Assembly: GCA_041645215.1 (NCBI GenBank)
Contig: JBAZQK010000001.1
Location: 118,091 to 182,090, forward strand
Length of the DNA stretch: 64,000 bases
Direction: 5' to 3'
Source: Patescibacteria group bacterium
Lineage (GTDB): Bacteria; Patescibacteriota; Patescibacteriia; Veblenbacterales; UBA10138
Notes under the pieces: generated by a model
Database searches by the model: none
The model's input: the letters and a program-made list of their open reading frames with translations, nothing else
Told to the model about the DNA's origin: nothing
Translations under genes and position numbers: made by a program
In this document: piece after piece, positions 7,863-16,246 of the stretch
How the letters are laid out: the number at the start of each line of letters is the position of its first letter
How positions within the stretch are numbered: position 1 is the stretch's first letter

Positions 7863-9158
7863 ATGAAGCTATCAAATATTAGTAAGATATTAATTCTATA
7901 TATCACGGTATTTTCTTTTTTGGTTTCATATAATTATGTTTTGGCGCAAACTGATTTAGAACAGTGTAAGAGCGCTGGTTATACTGGAATAGGTGATTGT
8001 AAACAAAATGAACAAGGTGATGGTATGTGGTGCGAATCAACTATTAATACAGCGGAAAAACTAAAGCCAATTATTACATGTGAAGGTTGTCCTACTTATA
8101 AATTATGTTGTCAAAAACCAGAAGATCCTAATAATGCAGCACCATTAGCTCCTAGAGTACCGGGGTGTATAGAAAAGATACCTGACGCCCAAACAACCCC
8201 ACCTGAACCCATATATTTCAAGCCCAGCGTTACCATACCCGGCACAATTTTTACAGCCGGCAAAGAGATTGAGATAACCGGCGAATCTTTTGCTCAATAT
8301 GTCAGCGGCTTTTATAAATTCTTTGTCGGTTTTATGGTGGTGGTTACGGTGGTGATGATAATGTGGGGCGGGTTTAAGCGAATTATGGCCGCCGGTTCAG
8401 CTGAAAAAACTAAAGACGCTAATGATACAATTTTTGCCGCCATTATTGGTTTGGTTATTACTTTAATTTCTTATACTTTGCTTAATTTAATAAATCCGCA
8501 GTTAGTTAATTTAAAAACCTTAGCAATACAATCAATTAAAGCGGAAGAATTTAGCATACGTCCGGGTATATTGGAAAATCCTGGTCTTAAAAGTACTGCT
8601 GATGAATATAAAATAATGTCATGTCCCTCAAGTGCGGAATTACTGGCTGGAGTTAAATTTTTTACAACAGGTTATTATAAGCCCAACTTTGAAGATAAAG
8701 AGCGGTACCAAAGTTTTTGGTGTAATATTGCCATGCAGTGTTCTTGCCCAAATGGTAGGGAAGTTGAATATTCGTGTCAGTCAGGGACCATGAAGTGGCA
8801 ACCCTGCAAAAAGTTTAATAATGATGTACCTTACTGCAATGCAGCAGCAGAAATGCGCACGCCACCACCGCCACCAGGACAGACAACACCCACTAAGACA
8901 CCGGAACCTTGGGTTACAGTAGCACAGAAAGGATGCAATATGACCGGAACGGTATTGAAGGTGTTTGGTTCTAAGCAGGATGGGGTAAATACTGCCGTGT
9001 GGTATGTGCATGATACAGGGGGCGCTATCACCGGGCGGCGGATTGATCTATATTTCGGTCAAGGTCCAAGTGCCTATCAGCAAGCCGTGAAAAGTACGGG
9101 TATTGTCACAGTAAAGAAGTGCCCAGATAACGATATAAGTAAGTGTCCATCTTTATAA
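7863..9158 (+). CDS. Cys-rich secreted/membrane protein with pilin-like two-helix core and C-terminal 3D (MltA/YuiC-like) domain; paralogue of 3070..4608
   Basis: Signal peptide; core YKFFVGFMVVVTVVMIMWGGFKRIMAAGSAEKTKDANDTIFAAIIGLVITLISYTLLNLINPQLV; C-terminus VHDTGGAITGRRIDLYFG matches 3D-domain motif. Confidence 0.6.
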   Translation: MKLSNISKILILYITVFSFLVSYNYVLAQTDLEQCKSAGYTGIGDCKQNEQGDGMWCESTINTAEKLKPIITCEGCPTYKLCCQKPEDPNNAAPLAPRVPGCIEKIPDAQTTPPEPIYFKPSVTIPGTIFTAGKEIEITGESFAQYVSGFYKFFVGFMVVVTVVMIMWGGFKRIMAAGSAEKTKDANDTIFAAIIGLVITLISYTLLNLINPQLVNLKTLAIQSIKAEEFSIRPGILENPGLKSTADEYKIMSCPSSAELLAGVKFFTTGYYKPNFEDKERYQSFWCNIAMQCSCPNGREVEYSCQSGTMKWQPCKKFNNDVPYCNAAAEMRTPPPPPGQTTPTKTPEPWVTVAQKGCNMTGTVLKVFGSKQDGVNTAVWYVHDTGGAITGRRIDLYFGQGPSAYQQAVKSTGIVTVKKCPDNDISKCPSL

Positions 9159-9165
9159 ACATAAA

Positions 9166-10518
9166 ATGAGTGCGCATTCAGCTGTTGTTTATTTCTGCTC
9201 CAACTGCGACGCCCAATACCCCAAATGGGTGGGGCGTTGTACGGAATGCGGGCAGTTTGGCACAGTATCAACCACGCCGCGGGTTATTAGTAAAGTATCC
9301 AAGACTACTGCCTTTTCTACCGTTGCCAGTACTGTTCTGCTGGGCAATACAGCTGATGTACAGTTAGTCAAGCGTTTTAGTTCCGGCTTGATGGAGGTTG
9401 ATAGGGTTTTAGGCGGTGGTTTGGCTAAAGCCAGTGTGGTTTTGCTTAGCGGCGAACCGGGGGTTGGTAAATCAACCTTGGTTTTAGTTTTGGCGGAAAA
9501 ATGCGGCGCTGATGTTCTATATGCTTCGGGCGAAGAATCAGTTGAGCAAGTACAAGGCCGAATAAAGCGTTTAGGTTTAACAGCTGGCCGGCTTCATTTT
9601 ACCACTGCCACTGATATTCGTGCCGTAGTTGAATCAGCCAAGCAACTTAAACCAGCTTTATTGGTAGTTGATTCATTGCAGACTATGCAACTGGAAGATA
9701 TTGACGGCGCGGCTGGTTCACCCACTCAAACCCGCGGCGTTTTAAGTGAGCTAATTGCCCTGGCCAAGAATTTAGGCATGATAGTTTTAGTCATTGGTCA
9801 TGTTACTAAGGAGGGGGTGGCGGCTGGACCCAAAGCCATTGAGCATTTAGTGGATATTGTTTTGACTTTGGATGGAGCCGAACATCAAGCTTTGCGATTT
9901 TTGCGCGCCAGTAAGAATCGGTTTGGCCCGACTGATGAAGTTGGCGTGTTTCAGATGGCGGAAAATGGATTAATTGAAGTTAGTAATCCATCCGCCCTGT
10001 TTTTAGCCGAACGTCACAGCGGGCCCGGCTCTTGCGTCGCCGCCTTATTAGAAGGTTCGCGCAGTTTGTTAATAGAAGTCCAAGCTTTGGTTACCAGAAC
10101 CAGCAACATAAAATATCCCAAGCGCGCGACCACCGGGTTTGACCTGAATCGCTTGCAGATGTTATTGGCGGTCTTGGGCGAACGAACGCCAATAAAACTT
10201 GATTTTAAAGATGTTTATGTTAATTTAGCCGGTGGTTTTAAAAGTCGCGAGCCGTCGCTTGATTTGGCGGTTTGCTTAGCCGTAACTTCCGCCGCGCTTA
10301 AAAAAACCTTACCGCGCGATTTGGTTGTTTGGGGCGAGGTTGGCTTAGGCGGTGAGGTCAGGCCGGTGGTGGCAATGGAACGCCGCTTGGCCGAAGCCGG
10401 CCGATTAGGGTTTAAACAGGCGCTAACGCCAAAATTGCCAGCCAACGCCAAGTTGCCCAAAGACATAGAGCTAGTATTAATAAGAAATTTAACAGAAGCG
10501 GTGGAGTGGGTGAGATAG
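9166..10518 (+). CDS. radA: DNA repair protein RadA/Sms
   Basis: N-terminal Zn ribbon CSNCDAQYPKWVGRCTECGQ, Walker A GEPGVGKST, Lon-like C-terminal domain, 450 aa. Confidence 0.9.
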   Translation: MSAHSAVVYFCSNCDAQYPKWVGRCTECGQFGTVSTTPRVISKVSKTTAFSTVASTVLLGNTADVQLVKRFSSGLMEVDRVLGGGLAKASVVLLSGEPGVGKSTLVLVLAEKCGADVLYASGEESVEQVQGRIKRLGLTAGRLHFTTATDIRAVVESAKQLKPALLVVDSLQTMQLEDIDGAAGSPTQTRGVLSELIALAKNLGMIVLVIGHVTKEGVAAGPKAIEHLVDIVLTLDGAEHQALRFLRASKNRFGPTDEVGVFQMAENGLIEVSNPSALFLAERHSGPGSCVAALLEGSRSLLIEVQALVTRTSNIKYPKRATTGFDLNRLQMLLAVLGERTPIKLDFKDVYVNLAGGFKSREPSLDLAVCLAVTSAALKKTLPRDLVVWGEVGLGGEVRPVVAMERRLAEAGRLGFKQALTPKLPANAKLPKDIELVLIRNLTEAVEWVR

Positions 10519-10667
10519 CAGTTGGCGTATAGCGTAGAGCAAATAGCAGATGGTGTGGGTAGTAAATATACCATGGGTCAAAATTGTCCGGTCACCGCAC
10601 CTACTATTAAAAAAATTTTAATTTTGCCCTCTGCCGTTATGGCGGCATCGGACATTTTTGACATATA

Positions 10668-10798
10668 TAGGACTTACGCGTTTGTCATCCTGAACTTGGT
10701 TCAGGATCTCGGCACCGTTAAGAAAGGCTGAGATTCTGAAATAAATTCAGAATGACGGAATGAAAAAGCCTTATTTAGTATCAAACGCGTGAGTCCTA
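10668..10798. repeat. MITE-like element, copy 1: termini TAGGACTTACGCGTTTG ... CAAACGCGTGAGTCCTA, internal nested hairpins (ATCCTGAAC-ttg-GTTCAGGAT; ATTCTGAA-ataa-ATTCAGAAT)
   Basis: 17-bp terminal inverted repeat with 1 mismatch read directly; homologous termini at 44970, 55620, 56679. Confidence 0.6.
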
Positions 10799-10903
10799 TT
10801 ATAGATAAATTTGGTAGATTTGATTAAAATAAGTAGTTTGGTAGGTAAAATTGGGTCAGTTAAAAGGAGAAAACCAAGCCTTACGGGGCCTGGTTTTGGT
10901 AGA

Positions 10904-11161
10904 TTATTTGAAATTGATCACTTTTTTAAATTTTTTGTGATCGAAACCTTCTCGCTTGCATACTTGTACAAACAAATTTTTGTTTGTTACAGTAATTTTT
11001 ACATTTTTTTGTTGTACAAGTTCAAGAGTTCTTTTAATTTTACCGACTACTGCTCCTTGTGTTGACAGGTTAGAAGTGTTGATTGAGATTATATGAGGAC
11101 TACTTCCGCCGTTTGGATAAGTAGCAAGTGGTGTCCAGTTTTGTCCATTTGACTTTGCCAT
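10904..11161 (-). CDS. Hypothetical protein (weak call)
   Basis: 85-aa ORF in an otherwise gene-free 600-bp interval; no recognised motifs. Confidence 0.2.
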   Translation of the reverse strand: MAKSNGQNWTPLATYPNGGSSPHIISINTSNLSTQGAVVGKIKRTLELVQQKNVKITVTNKNLFVQVCKREGFDHKKFKKVINFK

Positions 11162-11426
11162 TTTTACTCCGAATAGTAGAGAATTGTTATTTTTGTTTTT
11201 TTTAGCTGTTTTAATCTGAACTCCCCCGCAGATTTAAAATTGAGTAAACAATGGTTTTAGCTGGTGTTAAGTTTCATTCTTCCTCCGACATTTGTTTTTA
11301 TTAACTTTGGATAGAGCGCTCGAGCACGAATTGATGGAGGATTCACCACCGACACGTGTTAACTCTATCCAAGTTGTTATTTTTTGGTAAATTACTTTAT
11401 ACCACGGATGTTTTATTTTGTCAATA

Positions 11427-13487
11427 TTATTCAGGATGAAAATCAATATTTTTTAATTGCTGTTTGATTTGCGGCCATTTGGTAAAATTAGGGTCAGTTT
11501 GAATTGTATATTGAGCCGCGTTTCTAACAGTTACTAAAAGTTCGGCGTTTACTAAATCAGCGTACTTAAGATTAAAATAGCCCGATTGGATATCACCAAG
11601 TAAACTACCCGGTCCGCGTTCGGCCAGGTCATATTCAGCCAGGGCAAAGCCGTTTTGGTATTTAACCATAGCTTGTAAGCGTGATGGTAAATTATTTTTT
11701 TGGTCCGTAAACAATAAACAATAACTTTGTCGGCTTGAACGCCCGACTCGGCCGCGCAGTTGATGCAGTTGGGCAATGCCAAAATGCTCCGCCCCTTCAA
11801 TCGCCATTATGGTGGCCTCCGGTACATCTACCCCAACTTCAACCACCGTGGTTGTTACCAGTATTGGAGTAGTGCCATTTTTAAAATTGTTCATCGCTTC
11901 AGTTTTTTGCTGACTGGACATTTTGCCATGCAACCGGCCAATTTTTATAGATTTAAACACCTCTTGGGCTAACCGGTCAGCTTCAGTCGTGACGGATTTT
12001 TGACCGCCTTCGTCGTCGTCTTCAATTAACGGGCAAATTATAAAAACTCGGTTTTGTTCAGCTATTTCTTGTTTAATTAATTGATAGGCCGCGGTTCTTT
12101 GATTTGGTTCTACGATTTTAGTAGTTATGGGCAGGCGGCCGCTCGGCATTGATTTGATTAAGGAAATATCCAAATCACCGTAGATTGACAGAGCTAACGA
12201 ACGGGGAATAGGCGTGGCCGATAATGATAAAAGATGAGGGTATAGAGCTTGTGGCTGGTTCATTAAATAGCGCCTTTGCTCCACGCCAAAACGGTGTTGC
12301 TCGTCGATTATGACAAATCCCAGCCGAGCCCATTGTATAGTTTTTTGCAATAAACTGTGCGTGCCGACAATAATGTTTATTTTATCTTCAGCCAACAATT
12401 TTTTTATGCTGGCACTGGTAGTTTTTTTATTGTCGTTTGGTCGGTTTAGTAAATGATAGCCGCGTGATAATAAAGCCAACGATATGGGGTAATCTTTAAA
12501 TAAATCAGCCAGGGTATGAAAATGCTGTTTGGCCAGAATTTCCGTGGGCGCTACCAAGGCCACTTGCCAGCCGGCTTTAACGGCGTTTAAGGCCGCAATG
12601 CCCGCCACGATGGTTTTACCAGATCCAACATCACCTTGTAATAACCTAAACATTGGCTTGGCTTGTCCCAGGTCTTTAATAATTTTCCAGGCGGCCTGTT
12701 TTTGGTCAACTGTTAACTGCCAAGGCAGGCCGGCCACAAAATTTTTAGTGTCAGGCGAGTAGTCAATAACCGGTGACTTAAGCTGTCGCAATGATTGGCG
12801 GGCCAACTTGGCCTGCAAGTTGATTAAGTATAGTTCATCAAAAGCCAAGCGGCGACGAGCCTGTAGGATGTCGTTGTGGTTTTTAGGAAAGTGTAATTGA
12901 ATTATAGTTTGGTTTAAATTTATTATTTTAGCTTGGTTTTTTATGGCGGCGGGCAACCAATCATTTATTCCTTTGGCTAAAGGTAATACTTTATTAATTT
13001 GTGTTCTTAACCAGTGGTTGTTTAACAAGCCGTGTAATGAATAATAGGGCACCAGCCGGCCAGTATGTACGCCATAGGTTTTGCTTGGTTCGTAGGTTGG
13101 TTGTTCCAGTTGCAAGCCGTAGTTAGACAGTGATAGTTTGCCCGACAGGAGAATTATATCGCCGGCTTTTAAATTTTTTATCAGATAAGGCTGATTAAAC
13201 CAAATAGCTTTAATACTGCCGGTATCGTCGCTTATTACGGCCTGGGTAATGGTTAAACGGCTTTTAAACGAGCGGCGAGCGCTTATTAGGTTAACGCGGC
13301 CTTTAATGGTAACTTTATCGCCGGCGGTTAGTTGTTTAATAGGAGTGATTTGTGAATAATCCTCATATCTAATGGGTAAGTGCCACAGTAAATCATTGAC
13401 TGTAAAAATTTCCAAGGTAGCCAGTTTTTTGGCCATGGCCGGGCCAATGCCGCTGATATTGGTTATTGGGTTTAATAGCGAAAGCAT
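11427..13487 (-). CDS. recG: ATP-dependent DNA helicase RecG
   Basis: Wedge-domain N-terminus, helicase motifs GDVGSGKT, DEQHRFGV, 686 aa. Confidence 0.9.
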   Translation of the reverse strand: MLSLLNPITNISGIGPAMAKKLATLEIFTVNDLLWHLPIRYEDYSQITPIKQLTAGDKVTIKGRVNLISARRSFKSRLTITQAVISDDTGSIKAIWFNQPYLIKNLKAGDIILLSGKLSLSNYGLQLEQPTYEPSKTYGVHTGRLVPYYSLHGLLNNHWLRTQINKVLPLAKGINDWLPAAIKNQAKIINLNQTIIQLHFPKNHNDILQARRRLAFDELYLINLQAKLARQSLRQLKSPVIDYSPDTKNFVAGLPWQLTVDQKQAAWKIIKDLGQAKPMFRLLQGDVGSGKTIVAGIAALNAVKAGWQVALVAPTEILAKQHFHTLADLFKDYPISLALLSRGYHLLNRPNDNKKTTSASIKKLLAEDKINIIVGTHSLLQKTIQWARLGFVIIDEQHRFGVEQRRYLMNQPQALYPHLLSLSATPIPRSLALSIYGDLDISLIKSMPSGRLPITTKIVEPNQRTAAYQLIKQEIAEQNRVFIICPLIEDDDEGGQKSVTTEADRLAQEVFKSIKIGRLHGKMSSQQKTEAMNNFKNGTTPILVTTTVVEVGVDVPEATIMAIEGAEHFGIAQLHQLRGRVGRSSRQSYCLLFTDQKNNLPSRLQAMVKYQNGFALAEYDLAERGPGSLLGDIQSGYFNLKYADLVNAELLVTVRNAAQYTIQTDPNFTKWPQIKQQLKNIDFHPE

Positions 13488-13732
13488 AGTTAATATTTTT
13501 AATCAATTTAGAAATTTTAAATTAAATAATTCAATAAACCCGCCTGCCAAAGCCGCTATCTTAAACACACTTGAACTACAAATCAGAGTACCGTAGTTTA
13601 GTGTCAATCCATCTATCATGTAAGGCGAGCGGCGGGCAGGAATTTTAAATTAAAAATTAATCATTATAATTACATTATAACCTTGAACCATAAATAAAAA
13701 CACCCCTTGAGGGTGCTTAGCTAATCATTTTG

Positions 13733-13846
13733 CCCCAGTAGGAACCCAGATAGTAGTCCCGCGGGGCAGGACACTACTGGGCAGGTCGAACCTACATTAC
13801 AAGCTCCGCAAGCTCGCGTTCTCTGCCTGCTGGCAGGTATTCTTCA
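13733..13846 (-). pseudogene. tRNA-Arg-derived partial copy (shares 36 nt anticodon-arm/T-stem segment with tRNA-Arg) with a ~40-nt hairpin inserted in the T-loop; cannot form D-arm
   Basis: GAACGCGAGCTTGCGGAGCTTGTAATGTAGGTTCGA identical to neighbouring tRNA; followed by CCCAGTAGTGTCC..GGGACTACTATCTGGG hairpin. Confidence 0.45.
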
Positions 13847-13858
13847 CCTAACCAAATC

Positions 13859-13930
13859 TGCCCCCGGTAGGAATCGAACCTACATTACAAGCTCCGCAAG
13901 CTCGCGTTCTATCCATTGAACTACGAGGGC
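13859..13930 (-). tRNA. tRNA-Arg (anticodon GCG), no encoded CCA
   Basis: Manual fold: GCCCTCG/CGGGGGC acceptor, D-stem GTTC/GAAC, anticodon loop TTGCGGA, T-arm GTAGG-TTCGATT-CCTAC. Confidence 0.75.
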
Positions 13931-14063
13931 CTGAAGGAAATTTAAAAATTAAATATCAAAAATTAAAATGGTTTTGTATTTTTGTTTTTGACTTCTGATT
14001 TAAAATAAGCCCCACTATTGTAGGGTTAGTAAGTAAAAAAATCAAGGGCTGATTATTGCATGA

Positions 14064-14573
14064 TTACTGCAGTTTTAACAAGCGCGCCAACGCCTCCGAG
14101 GTGGGCTCATCCTCGCGCGACAAATCCTCGTTCAGAAATTTTATTAAGTGCTCACGAATGTTCAGCGGATTGGTTTTTTCCAGCGGAATAGTTAAGCGCG
14201 GCTCCAACAAACTTTTTGGTTCCAAGTAGAGGTTGGTTATTTCCGGCGGGTGGTAAGCTATCCAAAATTGGTTTACCTCTTTCCAGTGCCAGAATTTTTT
14301 ACCGACCGCTATTCCCGTTGATGTCAAACGGCAGTCAATTTGTCGGGGGCGGCGTTTGGTTTCATTAATAAACAAAGCCCCGCCCATCAGTAATATAAGG
14401 GCAAACAAAAAGTTTCCGCTAAATAAAGCATAACCGAGCATGGCTAGTGTTACCAGTCCGGCGGTAATCCACCAGCGTTTACTGCGCTCTGGCGCTCTAA
14501 ACTCACGAAATTGCCAACGTAGGATGACATTGCCAATATTAGCTTGCGGGTCAACATTAAGGTTTATAGGCAT
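14064..14573 (-). CDS. Hypothetical membrane protein (two TM helices)
   Basis: 169-aa ORF with hydrophobic segments; no conserved motifs recognised. Confidence 0.4.
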   Translation of the reverse strand: MPINLNVDPQANIGNVILRWQFREFRAPERSKRWWITAGLVTLAMLGYALFSGNFLFALILLMGGALFINETKRRPRQIDCRLTSTGIAVGKKFWHWKEVNQFWIAYHPPEITNLYLEPKSLLEPRLTIPLEKTNPLNIREHLIKFLNEDLSREDEPTSEALARLLKLQ

Positions 14574-14598
14574 AGTTAGTTTAAGTATAACTTAGAGT

Positions 14599-15240
14599 TT
14601 GGATTTTGAGCAATATTTGTCATCTGGTAATTTAACCGGTTATTGTGTTAAGATAACAACCATGATTGATAAAAAATTTTTTAACCAACTAAAAAAGCGT
14701 TACCAAACCTCCGGCCAGGGTCGCCGGCAGCTTTCGGAAATGTCTAATCAGGCCCAATCTTTGAGCAAACAAGCCATTTTTGCCAGCCAACGAGGTGATT
14801 TAAATCAGGCGGCTGCTTTATTGAAACAGGCTGAGCAACAGCTGTTTAATGGGCAAAAATTAGTGCGTCAAATTGAAGATTTGGAAAACCAAGGCAGTTA
14901 TCGGGCGGCCTGGGAAGAATTTGCCGAGGCTAAATTATTTTATAATTATTTAACCACTGGTAATCTGGGCGCGATTATAAAGACCGAGTTACCCGTGGAG
15001 GTATATATTGGCGCGGTTAGTGATTTAGTGGGCGAGATGGTGCGTTATGCCGTTAAGCTGGCTACTGATGGCCAGGGCGTTAAGGTTGGCGCGGTAGTAA
15101 AAGTGGCCACCATCATCACGGCTATTTTAGGCGAGATGAATCTAACTGGCGGCTTGCGCAGTAAGTATGACCAGGCCAGGCATCATTTGCGCCGTTTGGA
15201 AGATATTCAATATGACTTGGCCATTAAACACCGCGCCTAG
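14599..15240 (+). CDS. Hypothetical helical protein
   Basis: 213-aa ORF (start may be Met at 14665); no confident family assignment. Confidence 0.35.
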   Translation: MDFEQYLSSGNLTGYCVKITTMIDKKFFNQLKKRYQTSGQGRRQLSEMSNQAQSLSKQAIFASQRGDLNQAAALLKQAEQQLFNGQKLVRQIEDLENQGSYRAAWEEFAEAKLFYNYLTTGNLGAIIKTELPVEVYIGAVSDLVGEMVRYAVKLATDGQGVKVGAVVKVATIITAILGEMNLTGGLRSKYDQARHHLRRLEDIQYDLAIKHRA

Positions 15241-15601
15241 TTTAAGAGGCATTGTTGTTAAAGGTTTAGGCGAAGGCAAGCCGTTAGGTTATCCCACGGC
15301 TAATTTAAAGTTGGCGGCTGACAGTGTACGTCCCGCCCCGGGGATTTATTTAACAACTGTCACTGGCTTGATTGCCCAACCATTGTATGGTTTATTGGTT
15401 TGCGGAGTACATCAGGAAAATGGGAACCAACCGCAAGTGGAAGTATATTTACTTGATTGGCATCAGGATATTTATGGCCGCGCTTTGGAGGTGTCAGTTG
15501 GTCATAAAATTAGAAATTTAGTTTTCACTGATGACGTAGCCGAGCTTAAAAAATTGATTGAGCAAGACATTGCAACCGCGCGGCAATATTTTAAAATGTG
15601 A
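15212..15601 (+). CDS. Riboflavin kinase (monofunctional RibF C-terminal-domain type)
   Basis: GIVVKGLGEGKPLGYPTANL...GIYLTTV...EVYLLDWHQDIYGRALEV pattern of bacterial riboflavin kinase; internal Met at 15212 used as start. Confidence 0.6.
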   Translation: MTWPLNTAPSLRGIVVKGLGEGKPLGYPTANLKLAADSVRPAPGIYLTTVTGLIAQPLYGLLVCGVHQENGNQPQVEVYLLDWHQDIYGRALEVSVGHKIRNLVFTDDVAELKKLIEQDIATARQYFKM

Positions 15602-15647
15602 GGCACTCACTGACATTGTAGGACAACTACGTGGGGTATTCTACTGT

Positions 15648-15745
15648 GGCCGTCGGGGTTTTCAGACTTTTCGGCTGGTGGAGCGCGCCTGTCCACCTGT
15701 GGTGGAAAACCCCGCACCGATTCGATGTTCATCGGATCTGGTGCG
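15648..15745 (+). other. GC-rich highly structured segment (possible small RNA or complex terminator) downstream of riboflavin kinase
   Basis: Nested helices: GGGGTTTTC...GAAAACCCC; GGTGGA-gcgcgcctg-TCCACC; CACC-tgt-GGTG; GCACC...GGTGC. Confidence 0.3.
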
Positions 15746-15889
15746 TGGGTAGTACGTTATGGTAGGTTTAGTATTTGGTATCTGATCACTGATTTGACAA
15801 ATAGTTACAATAGGACTAATCTTTAAAAAACTAAAATATATTTAGCAACAATTAAATAACAATACAAAAAACAAATATTAAGGTGAGCT

Positions 15890-16108
15890 ATGTCAATTAG
15901 GAGCGTTTGTCCTTGTGGGTGCATATGCCACGTAACCGGGCATTGTGGAGTTGTTGGACCATGTTGTTACTACGCAGGAAAACTGTGGGAGAATGGCAGA
16001 TTTGTAACCAGTGATATTAGTAGTCCTGTAATGAGGCGTGCACTGAAGTATACTAAAAAGATTTTGTCAAAAAAGCCGCCAAAGAAAAAATCAAAGAATA
16101 AAAAATAG
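15890..16108 (+). CDS. Small Cys-rich basic-tailed protein (72 aa)
   Basis: CPCGCICHVTGHCGVVGPCCYY then KKKSKNKK tail; SD-like AAGGTGAG upstream; hairpin GTGCCAttaacaTGTGGCAC downstream. Confidence 0.4.
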   Translation: MSIRSVCPCGCICHVTGHCGVVGPCCYYAGKLWENGRFVTSDISSPVMRRALKYTKKILSKKPPKKKSKNKK

Positions 16109-16246
16109 TTGCCATTGTTGTATCAAAATTGAAGTGCCATTAACATGTGGCACTTATTTATTGTAGTGGAGATAGTCGGTTAGTTATTTTCCCTCATCCT
16201 TCTAAGGGGGCCAAAAAGAACCTCACTTAGATGTTGTGGCTTTAAT

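Noticed and set aside
10522-10731. ORF 10522..10731 (+)
   Set aside because: Runs into the MITE-like palindromic element and has no start context; treated as non-coding.
10811-11065. ORF 10811..11065 (+)
   Set aside because: Low-complexity AT-rich translation (FFKFFVIETFSLAYLYK...), overlaps antisense ORF; no support.
13733-13846. Second functional tRNA-Arg
   Set aside because: 5' half cannot pair into acceptor/D-arm and the T-loop is interrupted by a 40-nt insert; called a tRNA-derived fragment.
15600-15760. Possible tmRNA, SRP RNA or RNase P RNA
   Set aside because: No tRNA-like TTCGA...CCACCA 3' end, no GGAAGCAGCC-type SRP motif, no P4 GGAAAGUCCGG. Kept only as an unclassified structured segment.
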